Positions 1 through 10,195 of a stretch of DNA of 33,012 nt are shown piece by piece. Under the pieces are notes generated by a model. That model saw only the letters and a list, made by a program, of their open reading frames with translations. It made no database searches and was not told the origin of the DNA. The translations under genes and the position numbers were made by a program. The first letter of the stretch is position 1. The number at the start of each line of letters is the position of its first letter. Source of the stretch: a virus (taxonomy: Duplodnaviria > Caudoviricetes); IMG/VR virus record IMGVR_UViG_3300005805_000012, positions 1 to 33,012 of that record. The stretch is one strand, 5' to 3'.

Positions 1-33
1 GAATCTCGTCCTGAGTCATATTCGCAGCGATAG
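1..33. repeat. 33-bp terminal direct repeat (circular assembly overlap), identical to 32980-33012
   Basis: gaatctcgtcctgagtcatattcgcagcgatag occurs at both ends, and the portal reading frame continues in-frame across the junction. Confidence 0.95.
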
Positions 34-1117
34 TAGCCTCACTAAACTCATAGCCGATAGGCTCAATCGGTACGATAGAAATCTCAGAAGTCGCACCGCG
101 AAGGGTAGCCAACTGATTAAATACAGACTCTAAGAACTGCTGCTTGTCATTTGCGTATGTGTTCTTAAAGATTTCGTACCCATCCCGCATTTCGGTACGA
201 GTACCCAAAGCACCTTCTACCGAGATACCAAAAAGAGAAGGAGTCGTAATCTGATGACCGGCAAAGATATTCTGCTGGATCAACCCATCGACAACTCCGA
301 AATCTTCCTTGCTCAAATCACTAGCACCCAAATCTTCAACGATAGGCTTCTTCGCTGAGTCCTGAACGAATGACAAGATAAACTTCTTGCCATCCGATCC
401 GCTGAATCTCTCCGAGAACCTACGTTCAATATTGCGCTTCTCATCCGGGCTAGGCTCGCCATTAGGCAACGTAATCAACTTAGAAGCAGAGAAGCCGGTT
501 TGAGCATTGCCTAGAACGTGCTTGCTTACCTCAATGTCGCTCTCAATATAGTTCAAGGCACCCATATAGCCGGGTAAAGCATAGGTATCTAAGCCGGGGC
601 GATATTCCTTTACATAGAGAATCTGCTTGCCCGTTCTTTGCTGAGTATTATATGCAGGAATAATCGTAGGCTCCTCCTTGCGGTCATTCCAATCCTTCTT
701 GTACCAAAACTGCGTATTCTCTTTATTAGAACGAATCTTAGTGTAGTCAATGTGACAAACCTCGGCGAGAACTCCGCCTACCTTACTCCAAATGATCTCC
801 AAATACGCACCACCGAATACCTCGATGTCGATGCTTACTTTACGAGTCAAGTCAGCCAAACTCTCGTAAGGGTTCGGACTCTTGATGAATAAGTCTGCCT
901 GAGCATCCCCATCCTCGGCTTGCCAGCCATTGCCGATTATGTAGTTGACCTTACCGCGCACGATAGCATTGTGCTTCGCGCTCTTGTTGTAAAGCCCCAA
1001 GAGATACTGAGGGTAATCATTCTTGTCCCCGAACTCAATATACCCCTGCCCCTTTTTCTCTCGGTACTCAGGCTGCTTTGCCTCAGCAAAGCTTAATATC
1101 ACAATGTTGTCCATCAT
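1..1117 (-). CDS. Portal protein, 5' part (continues across the junction into 33012..32102; 664 aa total)
   Basis: Missing from the ORF track because it runs off the edge. ATG at 1117 overlaps the upstream TGA (ATGA). Translates MMDNIVILSFAEAKQPEYREKKGQGYIEFGDKNDYPQYLLGLYNKSAKHNAIVRGKVNYIIGNGW..., in frame with the ATG at 19 (=32998), which begins the portal C-terminal motif MTQDEIREKMGLPP. Confidence 0.85.
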   Translation of the reverse strand, partial: MMDNIVILSFAEAKQPEYREKKGQGYIEFGDKNDYPQYLLGLYNKSAKHNAIVRGKVNYIIGNGWQAEDGDAQADLFIKSPNPYESLADLTRKVSIDIEVFGGAYLEIIWSKVGGVLAEVCHIDYTKIRSNKENTQFWYKKDWNDRKEEPTIIPAYNTQQRTGKQILYVKEYRPGLDTYALPGYMGALNYIESDIEVSKHVLGNAQTGFSASKLITLPNGEPSPDEKRNIERRFSERFSGSDGKKFILSFVQDSAKKPIVEDLGASDLSKEDFGVVDGLIQQNIFAGHQITTPSLFGISVEGALGTRTEMRDGYEIFKNTYANDKQQFLESVFNQLATLRGATSEISIVPIEPIGYEFSEATIAANMTQDEI

Positions 1118-1626
1118 AACGTAATAAATGTATTGTCTGTTTCGTTTGAAGTAAACGTATTATCCGGCAAATCAGGCACGATAACTGTATTGTCTGGATT
1201 GTTTACTAGATAGCCACTATATGCATCCTCACTAACCTCCAACGCAGCTACTTGCTCCGGGTTGAAATCTTCACTATAAATATTTACCTCTAGCAAGTTA
1301 CCCAAGTCAGATAAGCGCATAATACCAACCTCTAAAAGACCCGTAGCCAACGCAGGGTTAAGATTGCTAGTCGATGTCTGCTCGTATATCTTGTATTCCC
1401 AATCACCCTCCGGTGAACTACCAAAATAAGTATTTACCGCGATTGAGAACTCGTTGTACCGATCCTTATGAGGACTTAAATCTGAAGCATTTAGCACCAC
1501 GAACTTTACCTCTTGATTCGTTCCCCGGCTCTTGAACCAAAACAAATAATTAGGACTCGTGAGAGTCTGCTTCTCCGTCAAAGTCAAAATGATTCCAGAG
1601 TTTGTGCTTTTAGTAAAGTGAATCAT
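1114..1626 (-). CDS. Hypothetical virion structural protein
   Basis: 170-aa beta-rich ORF between tail tube and portal; preceded by the CTATTTA motif. Confidence 0.6.
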   Translation of the reverse strand: MIHFTKSTNSGIILTLTEKQTLTSPNYLFWFKSRGTNQEVKFVVLNASDLSPHKDRYNEFSIAVNTYFGSSPEGDWEYKIYEQTSTSNLNPALATGLLEVGIMRLSDLGNLLEVNIYSEDFNPEQVAALEVSEDAYSGYLVNNPDNTVIVPDLPDNTFTSNETDNTFITL

Positions 1627-1631
1627 ACCTA

Positions 1632-1658
1632 TAAATAGAAAAAGTCTAGTTTTTTCCC
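1632..1658 (-). promoter_or_regulatory. Putative phage late promoter (CTATTTA -10-like box, GGGAA upstream)
   Basis: TAAATAG on + at 1632-1638, 5 nt from the ATG, directly downstream of a terminator. Confidence 0.6.
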
Positions 1659-1690
1659 AAAAAGAAAAAACCGCCCCCGAAGGGACGGCT
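1659..1690 (-). terminator. Rho-independent terminator after major tail gene
   Basis: Minus strand CCGTCCC-TTCG-GGGGCGG followed by a T-tract. Confidence 0.85.
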
Positions 1691-1721
1691 TCTCTACCTA
1701 CCTATAACGAGCCACGAAAGC

Positions 1722-2234
1722 TTAGGAAGTAAGACCTGCGATGATACCGCTATTAACCTCAGGAGCGAGTTCCTTCTCACCACCAGAGAATGTTAAAGTG
1801 TAACCATTACGATCAGCCTGAGCAGTACCTGTAACGGCTGTACCAGCAGTGATGTCCAGACCTTGATAGCGACCTACGAGCCAATATTTGTCATTGGCAT
1901 CTTGTACTACCGCCATCAAAGTATTTTTAGCGAGGAGCAGAATCTCATTACGAGTATTCGCTTGGAGTTTGTTCAGAACGATGCTGAGTTCCTGAGCATA
2001 GAATACAGTTCCGTTCTCTACGGAAGCCGTGATAGTCTCAGTCAAAGCACCTGTGTTCTTAACCAACTCATATTTGTAGAATACCTTTCCGGCTGATTTA
2101 GTAATCGCAGAGACAATACCAGAAGCCTCGGTAACACCACTCACGTTCGCGTGAGCGATCAACCATACGGCTTTGATACCACCGAGCGATTCTTTACAAT
2201 CCAGAGTGTATCCTTGAGTTAAAGCACACGGCAT
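1722..2234 (-). CDS. Major tail tube protein (putative)
   Basis: 170 aa, MPCALTQGYTLDCKESLGGIKAV...GTAQADRNGYTLTFSG, resembling tail tube proteins of Bacteroidota siphoviruses; follows the capsid gene. Confidence 0.65.
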   Translation of the reverse strand: MPCALTQGYTLDCKESLGGIKAVWLIAHANVSGVTEASGIVSAITKSAGKVFYKYELVKNTGALTETITASVENGTVFYAQELSIVLNKLQANTRNEILLLAKNTLMAVVQDANDKYWLVGRYQGLDITAGTAVTGTAQADRNGYTLTFSGGEKELAPEVNSGIIAGLTS

Positions 2235-2255
2235 ATGTTGTTATTTGAACTAGTT

Positions 2256-2284
2256 AAAAAAAGTGGGGGAGAGTTACCTCCCCC
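2256..2284 (-). terminator. Rho-independent terminator after major capsid gene
   Basis: Minus strand GGGGGAG-GTAACT-CTCCCCC then AC and T7. Confidence 0.8.
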
Positions 2285-2290
2285 GTGTTA

Positions 2291-3232
2291 TTAGATAATG
2301 AAAGAAGCAACCTCATCCAAGAAGGCGACGTTTACGCCCATCTTGAACTCAGATACGAAGCGAACCTCATCAGCCTCTTTGGCATAGAACACCTCGAAGC
2401 GCTCCTCCTCGTTCAGAAGGTCAGTACCCAAGAACAAGTTAGAGAGACGAGCAGCATACAACTTGGTGATGTTGTTCAGACCAGGAGTAGCTACAACCTT
2501 CACGGAAGTACCGGGCAGGAAGAACTCGCTATCAGCCTTACCATCGAAGCTATAGTTGAACATATTAGCGTTCTTCAGAGCGATAGTGTACAGGCGGAAG
2601 ATATCCTGAGACATAAAGATAGTGATATCATCAGCAGCTACAACAGTAGCAGGGATAGCACGATACAGAGCATCTACAACTGCAACTACGTTAGCAGAAG
2701 TGATAGAAGTAGCAGTACTACCATAGTAAGTAGCATTGTTAGCTTCGACCGCAGAAGTACCAATCAACTTAACGAGACCATCAAACTTGTTGAGGTTTAC
2801 GTTTACAGAAGCGGTATCACCTTGCCACAAAGCGGTCTCAAGTTGAGCAGCGATACGAGCAGCCTTCTTGTCAGAATACTCAGCAGCGAAAGCGATAGAA
2901 TCGTAACGGCTTCCCTCAGGCAAAGCCTTCTGGAGATACTTAGATTCCAAAGACTTAGGACACAGAGACTCGTTCACCTTAATCTTACCAACAGTCACAG
3001 TACGCTGTGTGAAGGTAGTAGTACCAGATGCGTTGAATCCGCAAGTACCACCAGCTTGGAAGATGGCATCGGTATCCATAATGTTGATCTTCTCAGAAGA
3101 CTTAACTCCAACCATTACGTTACCTTGAGCCTTAATCAATGAAGCGGTTTTTGCACCCAGAACAGAGCTGGTTACCAAGAGGGCTTCATTCTCTTTGGTA
3201 TAGTTTGCAAGTGCTGAAACATCAAAAGCCAT
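2291..3232 (-). CDS. Major capsid protein (HK97 fold, putative)
   Basis: 313 aa after protease and scaffold; motif AAQLETALWQGDT...FDGL; followed by a terminator. Confidence 0.85.
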   Translation of the reverse strand: MAFDVSALANYTKENEALLVTSSVLGAKTASLIKAQGNVMVGVKSSEKINIMDTDAIFQAGGTCGFNASGTTTFTQRTVTVGKIKVNESLCPKSLESKYLQKALPEGSRYDSIAFAAEYSDKKAARIAAQLETALWQGDTASVNVNLNKFDGLVKLIGTSAVEANNATYYGSTATSITSANVVAVVDALYRAIPATVVAADDITIFMSQDIFRLYTIALKNANMFNYSFDGKADSEFFLPGTSVKVVATPGLNNITKLYAARLSNLFLGTDLLNEEERFEVFYAKEADEVRFVSEFKMGVNVAFLDEVASFII

Positions 3233-3258
3233 TGTTGTTGAATTTTAGATTTTAAGAT

Positions 3259-3849
3259 TTAATTGCGAGCATACTTAGCCAAGAAGCTATCAATACGGCT
3301 ATCACGGCTAGGTACTACTTTGTTGAATGTTTGCTTGGGTTTCTCGGTAGCCTCGGTAGAAGGAGTGTTGATAAGACCGATAACTACATCGGAGAGGTCT
3401 TTGATAGCTTGAGAGAACTTGCTCTCCATTTGTGCCATCTTCTCCTCTTGTTTCTTTTTGTAGTCACCCATCTTCTCAATCTCAGCCTTCAACTCCTCGA
3501 TTTTCTTTTGCAACTCCTCCTCAACGACAGGAGTCTCAACGGGAGCTTGAGGTTCTTTGATTTCTACGATGGTAGATGCTTCATCAAGTACGATAACCAT
3601 TCCATCAGCAAGTTCGTGTTCGCCAGCAGGAGCAGGAGTTTCATTGCCTGCCTCATCTACCAACATAACCTTACCGCCGACTTCCAGTTTATCAATCTTG
3701 ACTTTCGCACCACTCTTGAGTACATACTCTTTGTACTCCGGCGCAGCAGGCTCGATGGAAACCTCAATCTCCTGTGCATCGACAGGCTTCTCTTGAGGCA
3801 TCTCAGCGAACATCTGCTTGATTTGCAGCAATGCTTCGAGTGCGGTCAT
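3259..3849 (-). CDS. Capsid scaffolding protein (putative)
   Basis: Acidic, PAPAGEHELADG motif, coiled-coil C-terminal half; lies between protease and capsid genes. Confidence 0.7.
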   Translation of the reverse strand: MTALEALLQIKQMFAEMPQEKPVDAQEIEVSIEPAAPEYKEYVLKSGAKVKIDKLEVGGKVMLVDEAGNETPAPAGEHELADGMVIVLDEASTIVEIKEPQAPVETPVVEEELQKKIEELKAEIEKMGDYKKKQEEKMAQMESKFSQAIKDLSDVVIGLINTPSTEATEKPKQTFNKVVPSRDSRIDSFLAKYARN

Positions 3850-3865
3850 AAATTGAATTTACCTA

Positions 3866-3893
3866 TAAATAGTCTGTGGATAAATTAGTTACC
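3866..3893 (-). promoter_or_regulatory. Putative phage late promoter (GGTAA-N16-CTATTTA)
   Basis: Motif shared with other late starts; directly downstream of terminator 3900-3927. Confidence 0.6.
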
Positions 3894-3899
3894 ACATAG

Positions 3900-3927
3900 A
3901 AAAAAGGGGAGAGTAGAAACTCCCCCC
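3900..3927 (-). terminator. Rho-independent terminator after protease gene
   Basis: Minus strand GGGGAG-TTTCTACT-CTCCCC followed by a T-tract. Confidence 0.75.
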
Positions 3928-3957
3928 GGCTAACCAAAAAAACTAAACACTATGAGA

Positions 3958-4851
3958 CTACGAAGATACTTGCTTGAGGATTGAAATAATGTCATCCATC
4001 ATCTTTTGTGGATTACTTATTCCGCTAGACTTGTAGTTAAATACCCCCTCAACCGAGAAACCTCGAACCTTGCCATCTTTTACTAGCTTCCACACATCGT
4101 CGTTCTCGACCTTGAATGATCCGAACCAAGACCCATCCTTTACATCTTCATACCCAGCCATCGGCTTGATTCCGCGCTTCTCATCCACAATCCAAGACTC
4201 GAACATAGTAACCCCATCGACTACCATCCCGTTATCGTGCATCAGGTTGACATTTGACTGATAGCCCTTCTTAAAATACTTCTGAGCTATCTTCTTGATT
4301 GTATCTGCCGTAAATACTACGTAATATTCTCCGCTAGAGTCATAGCGGTAAATAGGAGTATCGGCAAGCATCAAAGGTCCAGAGATAATGCGCTCCTCCT
4401 CATCTTGAATCTCGAAGCTCATCTTCTCGGATTGGCGAATCTTAGACTCAGCCCAACTCAAAGCGGAAGCACCACCCCAAGCATCGTACATCAACTGCCC
4501 GCATCCGTCTCCGTAGCCCTTAGACTTCTCCGCACTATCCTTGTGCCGGCTAAGAAACGAATACATCCGCTTGATAGTCTCTAAAGAGATAGGCTCTCCG
4601 TTAGCTAGCTGATTGGCTCGAATCTTACCTACGGGAGTACCGCACGAACCCCATCCGTTTTCTTCAGCCCATTTCAAAGCATTCTTTGCGTTGTTGCTTA
4701 CGGCTTCAGGATAGTCATCAAATGATTCAGCGAAGGCTAGGAAGCTACGTTCGATTGCCGGGCGATCTACTAGGGCAACGAAGTCTACTTCCACATTGGA
4801 GTTCTCATCCTCCATTATTTCGAGTCGGTAAATTGGTAATTCCTTTTCCAT
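3958..4851 (-). CDS. Prohead protease (XkdF-like) with an inserted ~100-aa domain
   Basis: VALVDRPAIE, RIISGPLMLADTPIYR, NLMH, FESWI, GSWF and GFSVEG motifs. Confidence 0.8.
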   Translation of the reverse strand: MEKELPIYRLEIMEDENSNVEVDFVALVDRPAIERSFLAFAESFDDYPEAVSNNAKNALKWAEENGWGSCGTPVGKIRANQLANGEPISLETIKRMYSFLSRHKDSAEKSKGYGDGCGQLMYDAWGGASALSWAESKIRQSEKMSFEIQDEEERIISGPLMLADTPIYRYDSSGEYYVVFTADTIKKIAQKYFKKGYQSNVNLMHDNGMVVDGVTMFESWIVDEKRGIKPMAGYEDVKDGSWFGSFKVENDDVWKLVKDGKVRGFSVEGVFNYKSSGISNPQKMMDDIISILKQVSS

Positions 4852-4866
4852 ACTATTAAATAGATT

Positions 4867-6960
4867 TTAGTTAAGTCTTGCAGCCCGATTGATACGAGTT
4901 ATCCGCTCTTGGTTATTTGTAATATCTGATTCTACAACATAGGCGCGATTAGATGCCGATCCTAGTTGATTGATAGATTCTTGGTTCAACTGAGTCAATG
5001 TAGCTTGTACAGGTAGATTGGGAGAAATAGGAGCAGCACCAGTAACACTAGGAATCTGAGGAATAGATCCACTAGAACTAATTCCCGGAGCTTTTGTAGA
5101 TACAATAGATTTCACATTCTTGATACCGGTAGCAATAGCAGCTATCATTGTAGCAATCTTAACCCCAAGTGATACTGGTGCAATTCCGGGAACAGGAGCA
5201 GCGAATACTTGTGCTGCTGCTTTGTATGTATTTATTGTTGCTTCTGCAATAGCAAAAGCCTTCCCTGCTGCGGTAGTTTGTCCTAATAGCTGACTAATGG
5301 AACCTGCTGCGCTTGCATAATTACCTAACTCAGTATTAATAGCATTTACACGAATGTTCTTTTTAATGTTTTCATATTCTTGTATAAGTGCTGTTTCTGC
5401 TTCTGCATTGCCCTTTACGAGTTCTAACTTCTTTGCATATTTAGCAGTTAAATCAAATAACTCATTTTCATCCGCAGTTGAAGTGGCTTCTCTTATAGCA
5501 TTTTGTCGTTCTTTAACTATTGCAAGATTATTTTCTAGTTCAGTTCTTTGCTTTTCTGCAAATGCTTTATCTTTTTCTTCTTGTTTTTTTCTAAGCTCTG
5601 CATTTAATGAATCTAAAGCATTCTGAGTTTGTATCCCAGCTTGAAGCCTTAATTCTCTTTTTCTATTTTCATCTACGTTTAAGGCATCTATTTCTCTATT
5701 GCGATTAATTAAATCAAACTCTAGCTTTTTCTTAGCGCGTTCATCTTCGTCTTTTATTTCTGCTAAAAAAATCTCTTGCTTGGCAATTCTTATATTCTCA
5801 TCAGCATCCTTCTCGGCTTGTAACCTGTCCTCTCGTTCTTTTTGTAATCTTTCGGCTTCTTTTTCTGCTAGTGTTTTTGATTTTGATGCTGCCTCCTCAT
5901 CCTTCTTTAGCTTTTCTTGATTAACGCGAATCTTATTGTCTAGGTCATCTTTTTGATTCTGGAAGTCAATATCCTTGATCTCCTTATTCGCTTTTTCTAA
6001 TGCAGCCTTCGCCTGATTATATGCTTTGATATCTTCTTCACTACCTTCTAGATTCCCGTCTTTTCTGCGCTTTAGTTTTTCTTTTTCAAAAGTTTGTAAC
6101 GAAGCTAGATTCTTTTTGAAGTTATCAACGGCAGCCTCTCGATCCTTTTTGTTGTAATCTTGGTTAATCTTGAAGATTTCATCAGCACTCTTTCCAGCTA
6201 ATTCCGCGCGCTTTACGGCTATCTCTCTTTGCCTATCCAAACTCTCCTTCTGCTGAGAGAAAAGTTTTTCCTGAGCCTCTAATGCACTATTCAGACGTTC
6301 CTGCGCCTTCTTGTTGTCATCGGTTGAAGAAGTCCAGTCGCTAATCTTATCTATTAACGTAGTCACCCCAACAATCAGCAAACCGATACCGAGTGATGCC
6401 ATAACCCCACGGAGGATGCGCATACTGATGGAAGTAGCCTTCGTCGCAGCATCGGCAGCCCTAGTAGCAGTCGCAGTTCCGAACATCACGAAGTTGTATG
6501 TCCGCTGAACTACACTCGTACTAGCTATAACCTTGCCTAAGTCTTTGAATGACTTGATACCTTCTTGCAGGCTTTTCAATCCTTCCGTAATAGCCAAAGC
6601 GGATTGAACTTTGAGTAAGGTCTTTTGTACTTCTTCCCCTTCTACTCCTACCGCACCAAGAGCACCTTGAACGGCGGTGAATGCGCCACTAATACCTCGT
6701 ACCGATCCGATAACCGCATCCAATTTCCCCTCACCGCTAAACTGCTGGACCGCCTTCGTGCTATCTTCAATCTCCTCTTTTAATTGCTTAACAACCTGAG
6801 CATAGTTCTGAAACTGAGCAGCACCCTTCTCGCCCTGAGTCGCAAAGAACTTGGCTTGCTCCTCGGCAAACTTTAGTTCCTTCTTTATCTCACCAATGGA
6901 GCTTAATACTTTGTCTTGCCCGTTTATTCGTATGGTTATCCCTACTGTCTCCTGTGCCAT
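4867..6960 (-). CDS. Tape measure protein
   Basis: 697 aa, Ala/Gly-rich hydrophobic segments with long coiled coils; C-terminal RAYVVESDIT motif. Confidence 0.8.
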   Translation of the reverse strand: MAQETVGITIRINGQDKVLSSIGEIKKELKFAEEQAKFFATQGEKGAAQFQNYAQVVKQLKEEIEDSTKAVQQFSGEGKLDAVIGSVRGISGAFTAVQGALGAVGVEGEEVQKTLLKVQSALAITEGLKSLQEGIKSFKDLGKVIASTSVVQRTYNFVMFGTATATRAADAATKATSISMRILRGVMASLGIGLLIVGVTTLIDKISDWTSSTDDNKKAQERLNSALEAQEKLFSQQKESLDRQREIAVKRAELAGKSADEIFKINQDYNKKDREAAVDNFKKNLASLQTFEKEKLKRRKDGNLEGSEEDIKAYNQAKAALEKANKEIKDIDFQNQKDDLDNKIRVNQEKLKKDEEAASKSKTLAEKEAERLQKEREDRLQAEKDADENIRIAKQEIFLAEIKDEDERAKKKLEFDLINRNREIDALNVDENRKRELRLQAGIQTQNALDSLNAELRKKQEEKDKAFAEKQRTELENNLAIVKERQNAIREATSTADENELFDLTAKYAKKLELVKGNAEAETALIQEYENIKKNIRVNAINTELGNYASAAGSISQLLGQTTAAGKAFAIAEATINTYKAAAQVFAAPVPGIAPVSLGVKIATMIAAIATGIKNVKSIVSTKAPGISSSGSIPQIPSVTGAAPISPNLPVQATLTQLNQESINQLGSASNRAYVVESDITNNQERITRINRAARLN

Positions 6961-9014
6961 TATGTATAAGATTTTTCAATCACTTTAAGAAATTCGCATT
7001 TTGTGGTATCGTCAACCATTGGGTTGTAGTCGATTACTTTATTCAGCCTCCACAGAGAGCCGTCAATCCAGATTCCCTTTGTGAAGTCTAGGTTGTAGAT
7101 ATCCGCATCGGTTAGCCTTACGTTGCACGTAAGTAGTTTAGAATCTTTATCGGTTATCTCTGCCACGTACTCGCTCCAATACCCGTTAAATAGATTCGCC
7201 GACGGATAAGTACCTGAGAGGGTAAAATTTATTTCTCTAGGCGCACCGAAGTTCAAATCGGAAGTAGGAGTATAAGGATCATTAAGATGCCCGGCATATC
7301 CGTATGTAGTCAAAGTTCCTAGATTACTAGTTCCATCCTCAATCTTGTAGCTTGCCCTGCCTGTTATCTTCTTAGCCTGTAAAATACGGATAACACTATC
7401 CATCTTGTCTTCCGATGGGCTATTGCTTTGCGTATTGCTTCGCTTTAAGATAACACTATGCACCTTGTCATTATTGGAATGCAAGATGAGGACAGTAGAG
7501 GAGAATATTAACTCAGCCGTCTGCTTTTCGCTAGCAAACTCGAACCCGGTATCTTCTAAATAGTCTCCGTAATTCTCGTTGTACTTCTGCTTATAATTCT
7601 CGCCATAGTAATCAGTATCGTTCTTGTACTTGTACTCAAAGTATCTTCCGTTAAGTTCAGACATCGGCTTGAGGCGGAAAGGCTTTGACCGATCTATCTT
7701 GTTAGTCCAATCTAGCAGAGTGGTAAAGTCATAATAGTCAATATAAGGCTCAATGATTAAATGCTTTTCCTTCTCCTTGCTCTCCGTCACATAAAGGTTG
7801 AACATCTTCACAATGGAAGAAAAGAAATCTTTTTGAAATACTCCTCTTGGGATGGTTTCGTTGACTTCTATCGTTTCTCCTAAGCTATACGGAACTAACT
7901 GAGCGACACTCGTATTGATTTCTACATTGTTATTGAACAAATCAACCTGCATCGTAGCAGATACAGTTGTCCAAATAAACCTAAACTCCAACGTATCGTT
8001 CGTAGCTAGAGTGATGTTAAATTCTAGAGTCTTATCGAAGTTTGACCTCCCGGAAGTCAAAAACAACTGAGACTGCAATACTCCGTTCTTGTACCAACCT
8101 ACATTGACCGATCCAGTTTGTCCTGTATTGACAACGGAAGAACCAGATAGTGTAATCTTAGCCACCGCCGTCAATCCCGGACCCGTGTACTGATACTGAT
8201 AAGTTCCCAAATAAGTGAACTGACCTAGCTTACTAGCTAAATATGCGACACTCGTATTCCCCGATGCCGTATTGAAAGAATAACTCAGAAGGTTATCATA
8301 GGCAGCGAACTGCAAAGTTGTAGCCTTGCTTAAGTCCTTCTGATTATTCGGAATAACTAACCGCTTGAATAGAGCCGTATTAAAGAAGGTGCTCTCCCAA
8401 GTATAGCCTGCACCCTCGATTATCTTCTTAACGTACTCACGAACAAATAGAGCGGGTCTGAAGGCTTTATATTGCCAATCGTGCTTACCGACACTCACTT
8501 GACCATAGTCAATAAGCGGACAGAAGTAACCGCTTCCGTCTACTCCGTTCCAAGAGTTCGTGATATTGGTAAAAGTCCAAGCGAAGTTATATGCCGAGAA
8601 ATCTAGTTCTTCTATCTTCTTGTTTCCTAGCGCACCAACGAACCCACCTAGTTCACCGAACACGGCGCACTCGTATTCTATGCTTCTGTTATCTAGCACG
8701 ATTTCCAAAAGCCTAATAACCCCTTTGAATATTTGAATCTTGTCTACATAGATAACACAAGATGCAGACTTGGCTGCGTTGAAGTTGTAACCCACATTAT
8801 CTGCCGTTGGGTTATGGAAGTTCGCTGATCCAAACTCAAAGATGTGACCGAATAGCTTATTGTTAGTTGCATTGCCGGGAATTACGATAGTCTTGGAAAA
8901 GTTGGTATTCCTAGCAGAGAAGTCTTTGACATCGTCGATGTTGTAGGTGAACTCTGCCGAGATATCCTTGTAAAGGTCTAGCTTATTATCTTCTATATAG
9001 ATTTCTGTTCTCAT
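6960..9014 (-). CDS. Tail tip / baseplate hub protein
   Basis: 684 aa, N-terminal DVKDFSARNTNFSKTIVIPG...NNKLF motif typical of siphovirus tail proteins; coupled to the tape measure gene. Confidence 0.7.
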   Translation of the reverse strand: MRTEIYIEDNKLDLYKDISAEFTYNIDDVKDFSARNTNFSKTIVIPGNATNNKLFGHIFEFGSANFHNPTADNVGYNFNAAKSASCVIYVDKIQIFKGVIRLLEIVLDNRSIEYECAVFGELGGFVGALGNKKIEELDFSAYNFAWTFTNITNSWNGVDGSGYFCPLIDYGQVSVGKHDWQYKAFRPALFVREYVKKIIEGAGYTWESTFFNTALFKRLVIPNNQKDLSKATTLQFAAYDNLLSYSFNTASGNTSVAYLASKLGQFTYLGTYQYQYTGPGLTAVAKITLSGSSVVNTGQTGSVNVGWYKNGVLQSQLFLTSGRSNFDKTLEFNITLATNDTLEFRFIWTTVSATMQVDLFNNNVEINTSVAQLVPYSLGETIEVNETIPRGVFQKDFFSSIVKMFNLYVTESKEKEKHLIIEPYIDYYDFTTLLDWTNKIDRSKPFRLKPMSELNGRYFEYKYKNDTDYYGENYKQKYNENYGDYLEDTGFEFASEKQTAELIFSSTVLILHSNNDKVHSVILKRSNTQSNSPSEDKMDSVIRILQAKKITGRASYKIEDGTSNLGTLTTYGYAGHLNDPYTPTSDLNFGAPREINFTLSGTYPSANLFNGYWSEYVAEITDKDSKLLTCNVRLTDADIYNLDFTKGIWIDGSLWRLNKVIDYNPMVDDTTKCEFLKVIEKSYT

Positions 9015-10195
9015 CGGAATTGACTATATGCTTTAGTCCCAAATTCGATACCTAATGTCACGTTGTATGTCTTATCCGCGTACCGCTTCTTCTCAGTCCA
9101 GCTATTAGTGTTCACTTTCACCGGGATATAATAACCATTATCTTCCATATAAACTTCCGGTGATGCGATAAGGTCAAGAATCCAAGTGTATTCAGTTAAA
9201 CTAACCCAATCGGAGTTTAATGTGTAACTAATTGTCTGCGAAGTAGCGAAAGGCTTAGCACCTCCGTAGAATGTATTGTACGCATCCACCCGGTGCATAT
9301 CTCCGCTTCGGTATTGCCATTCGATCTCCTCATAAGACTTGCGCTCTATGGCTCTGCTCTCACGATTGACTAGACCGAAGTTGAACGTGTCGAAGCCTCC
9401 TAGTGAATTAAGAAAATGGATAGGGATAACATCGTATCGAGGCTCGCAAAGGATATTCACGCGGATAGCCCATTGAGCAGCACTATCCTCATAAGCCTCT
9501 AGTAAATAATAATCGGTAGCCGATGTGATAAATGTTGAACCTACATAAGCATTGATAGCAGCAGGAGACAAATCAAGCAAAGCGAAGTCAGTAAGAGTAA
9601 CATTCCCACCGCTGGTATTGCTTGTAGCCGTTCCTGAGTTATATCTAGTGATATCGAAGTTCCAATCATTAGCTGTGTTCTCTGCTCCGTTCAAAAGACC
9701 TACAAAGCACCTTCCGTCTGTAAGGCGAGTGGTGAAGTTTAACTGATCTCGCTTCGTAAGTAGATTAGCCTTGTAATTATCATACCACGTGCCGTCAAAT
9801 GCACCGAGTCCATCCATTATGTTCGGATAGTAGTTGTATGCGTTGTAGCTACCGCTAGTCAGGTTCGTGTATGTTGTGCCTCCGTATTCCTCACCGAACT
9901 GAATCGTATAAGGTACGCGGATATCCGTTCCCGTGTAAGTGAACAGAGTCGTGGTAGTATTCGGCTTGAAGTAGTTATTGAGATAATTGCGTACGATTGT
10001 CGCTGCGTTGAATATCCCTTTGTTCGTAGTAGGCTGAGGGAAAGACTTAACCCTAGCCACTAGCACGGAGTTAATTACCACGTCGAATACGTACTTGAAA
10101 TTGCTTTGCCCTGTGTTATTGGAGCTAACTACGAACCACAAATCCTCGTGCGCCGATTGGTACGAGTTTGGAGTATTATCTATTGTTATTGCCAT
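9011..10195 (-). CDS. Tail structural protein (distal-tail-like)
   Basis: 394 aa beta-rich, FLNSLGGFDTFNF and DLIASPEVY motifs; lies in the tail block. Confidence 0.6.
   Translation of the reverse strand: MAITIDNTPNSYQSAHEDLWFVVSSNNTGQSNFKYVFDVVINSVLVARVKSFPQPTTNKGIFNAATIVRNYLNNYFKPNTTTTLFTYTGTDIRVPYTIQFGEEYGGTTYTNLTSGSYNAYNYYPNIMDGLGAFDGTWYDNYKANLLTKRDQLNFTTRLTDGRCFVGLLNGAENTANDWNFDITRYNSGTATSNTSGGNVTLTDFALLDLSPAAINAYVGSTFITSATDYYLLEAYEDSAAQWAIRVNILCEPRYDVIPIHFLNSLGGFDTFNFGLVNRESRAIERKSYEEIEWQYRSGDMHRVDAYNTFYGGAKPFATSQTISYTLNSDWVSLTEYTWILDLIASPEVYMEDNGYYIPVKVNTNSWTEKKRYADKTYNVTLGIEFGTKAYSQFR

Noticed and set aside
638-892. 84-aa + strand ORF
   Set aside because: Lies antisense within the portal gene
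2285-3888. Long + strand ORFs (285 aa, 185 aa) opposite capsid and scaffold genes
   Set aside because: Antisense shadows of biased-codon genes with no motifs; the same applies to most short opposite-strand ORFs in the track
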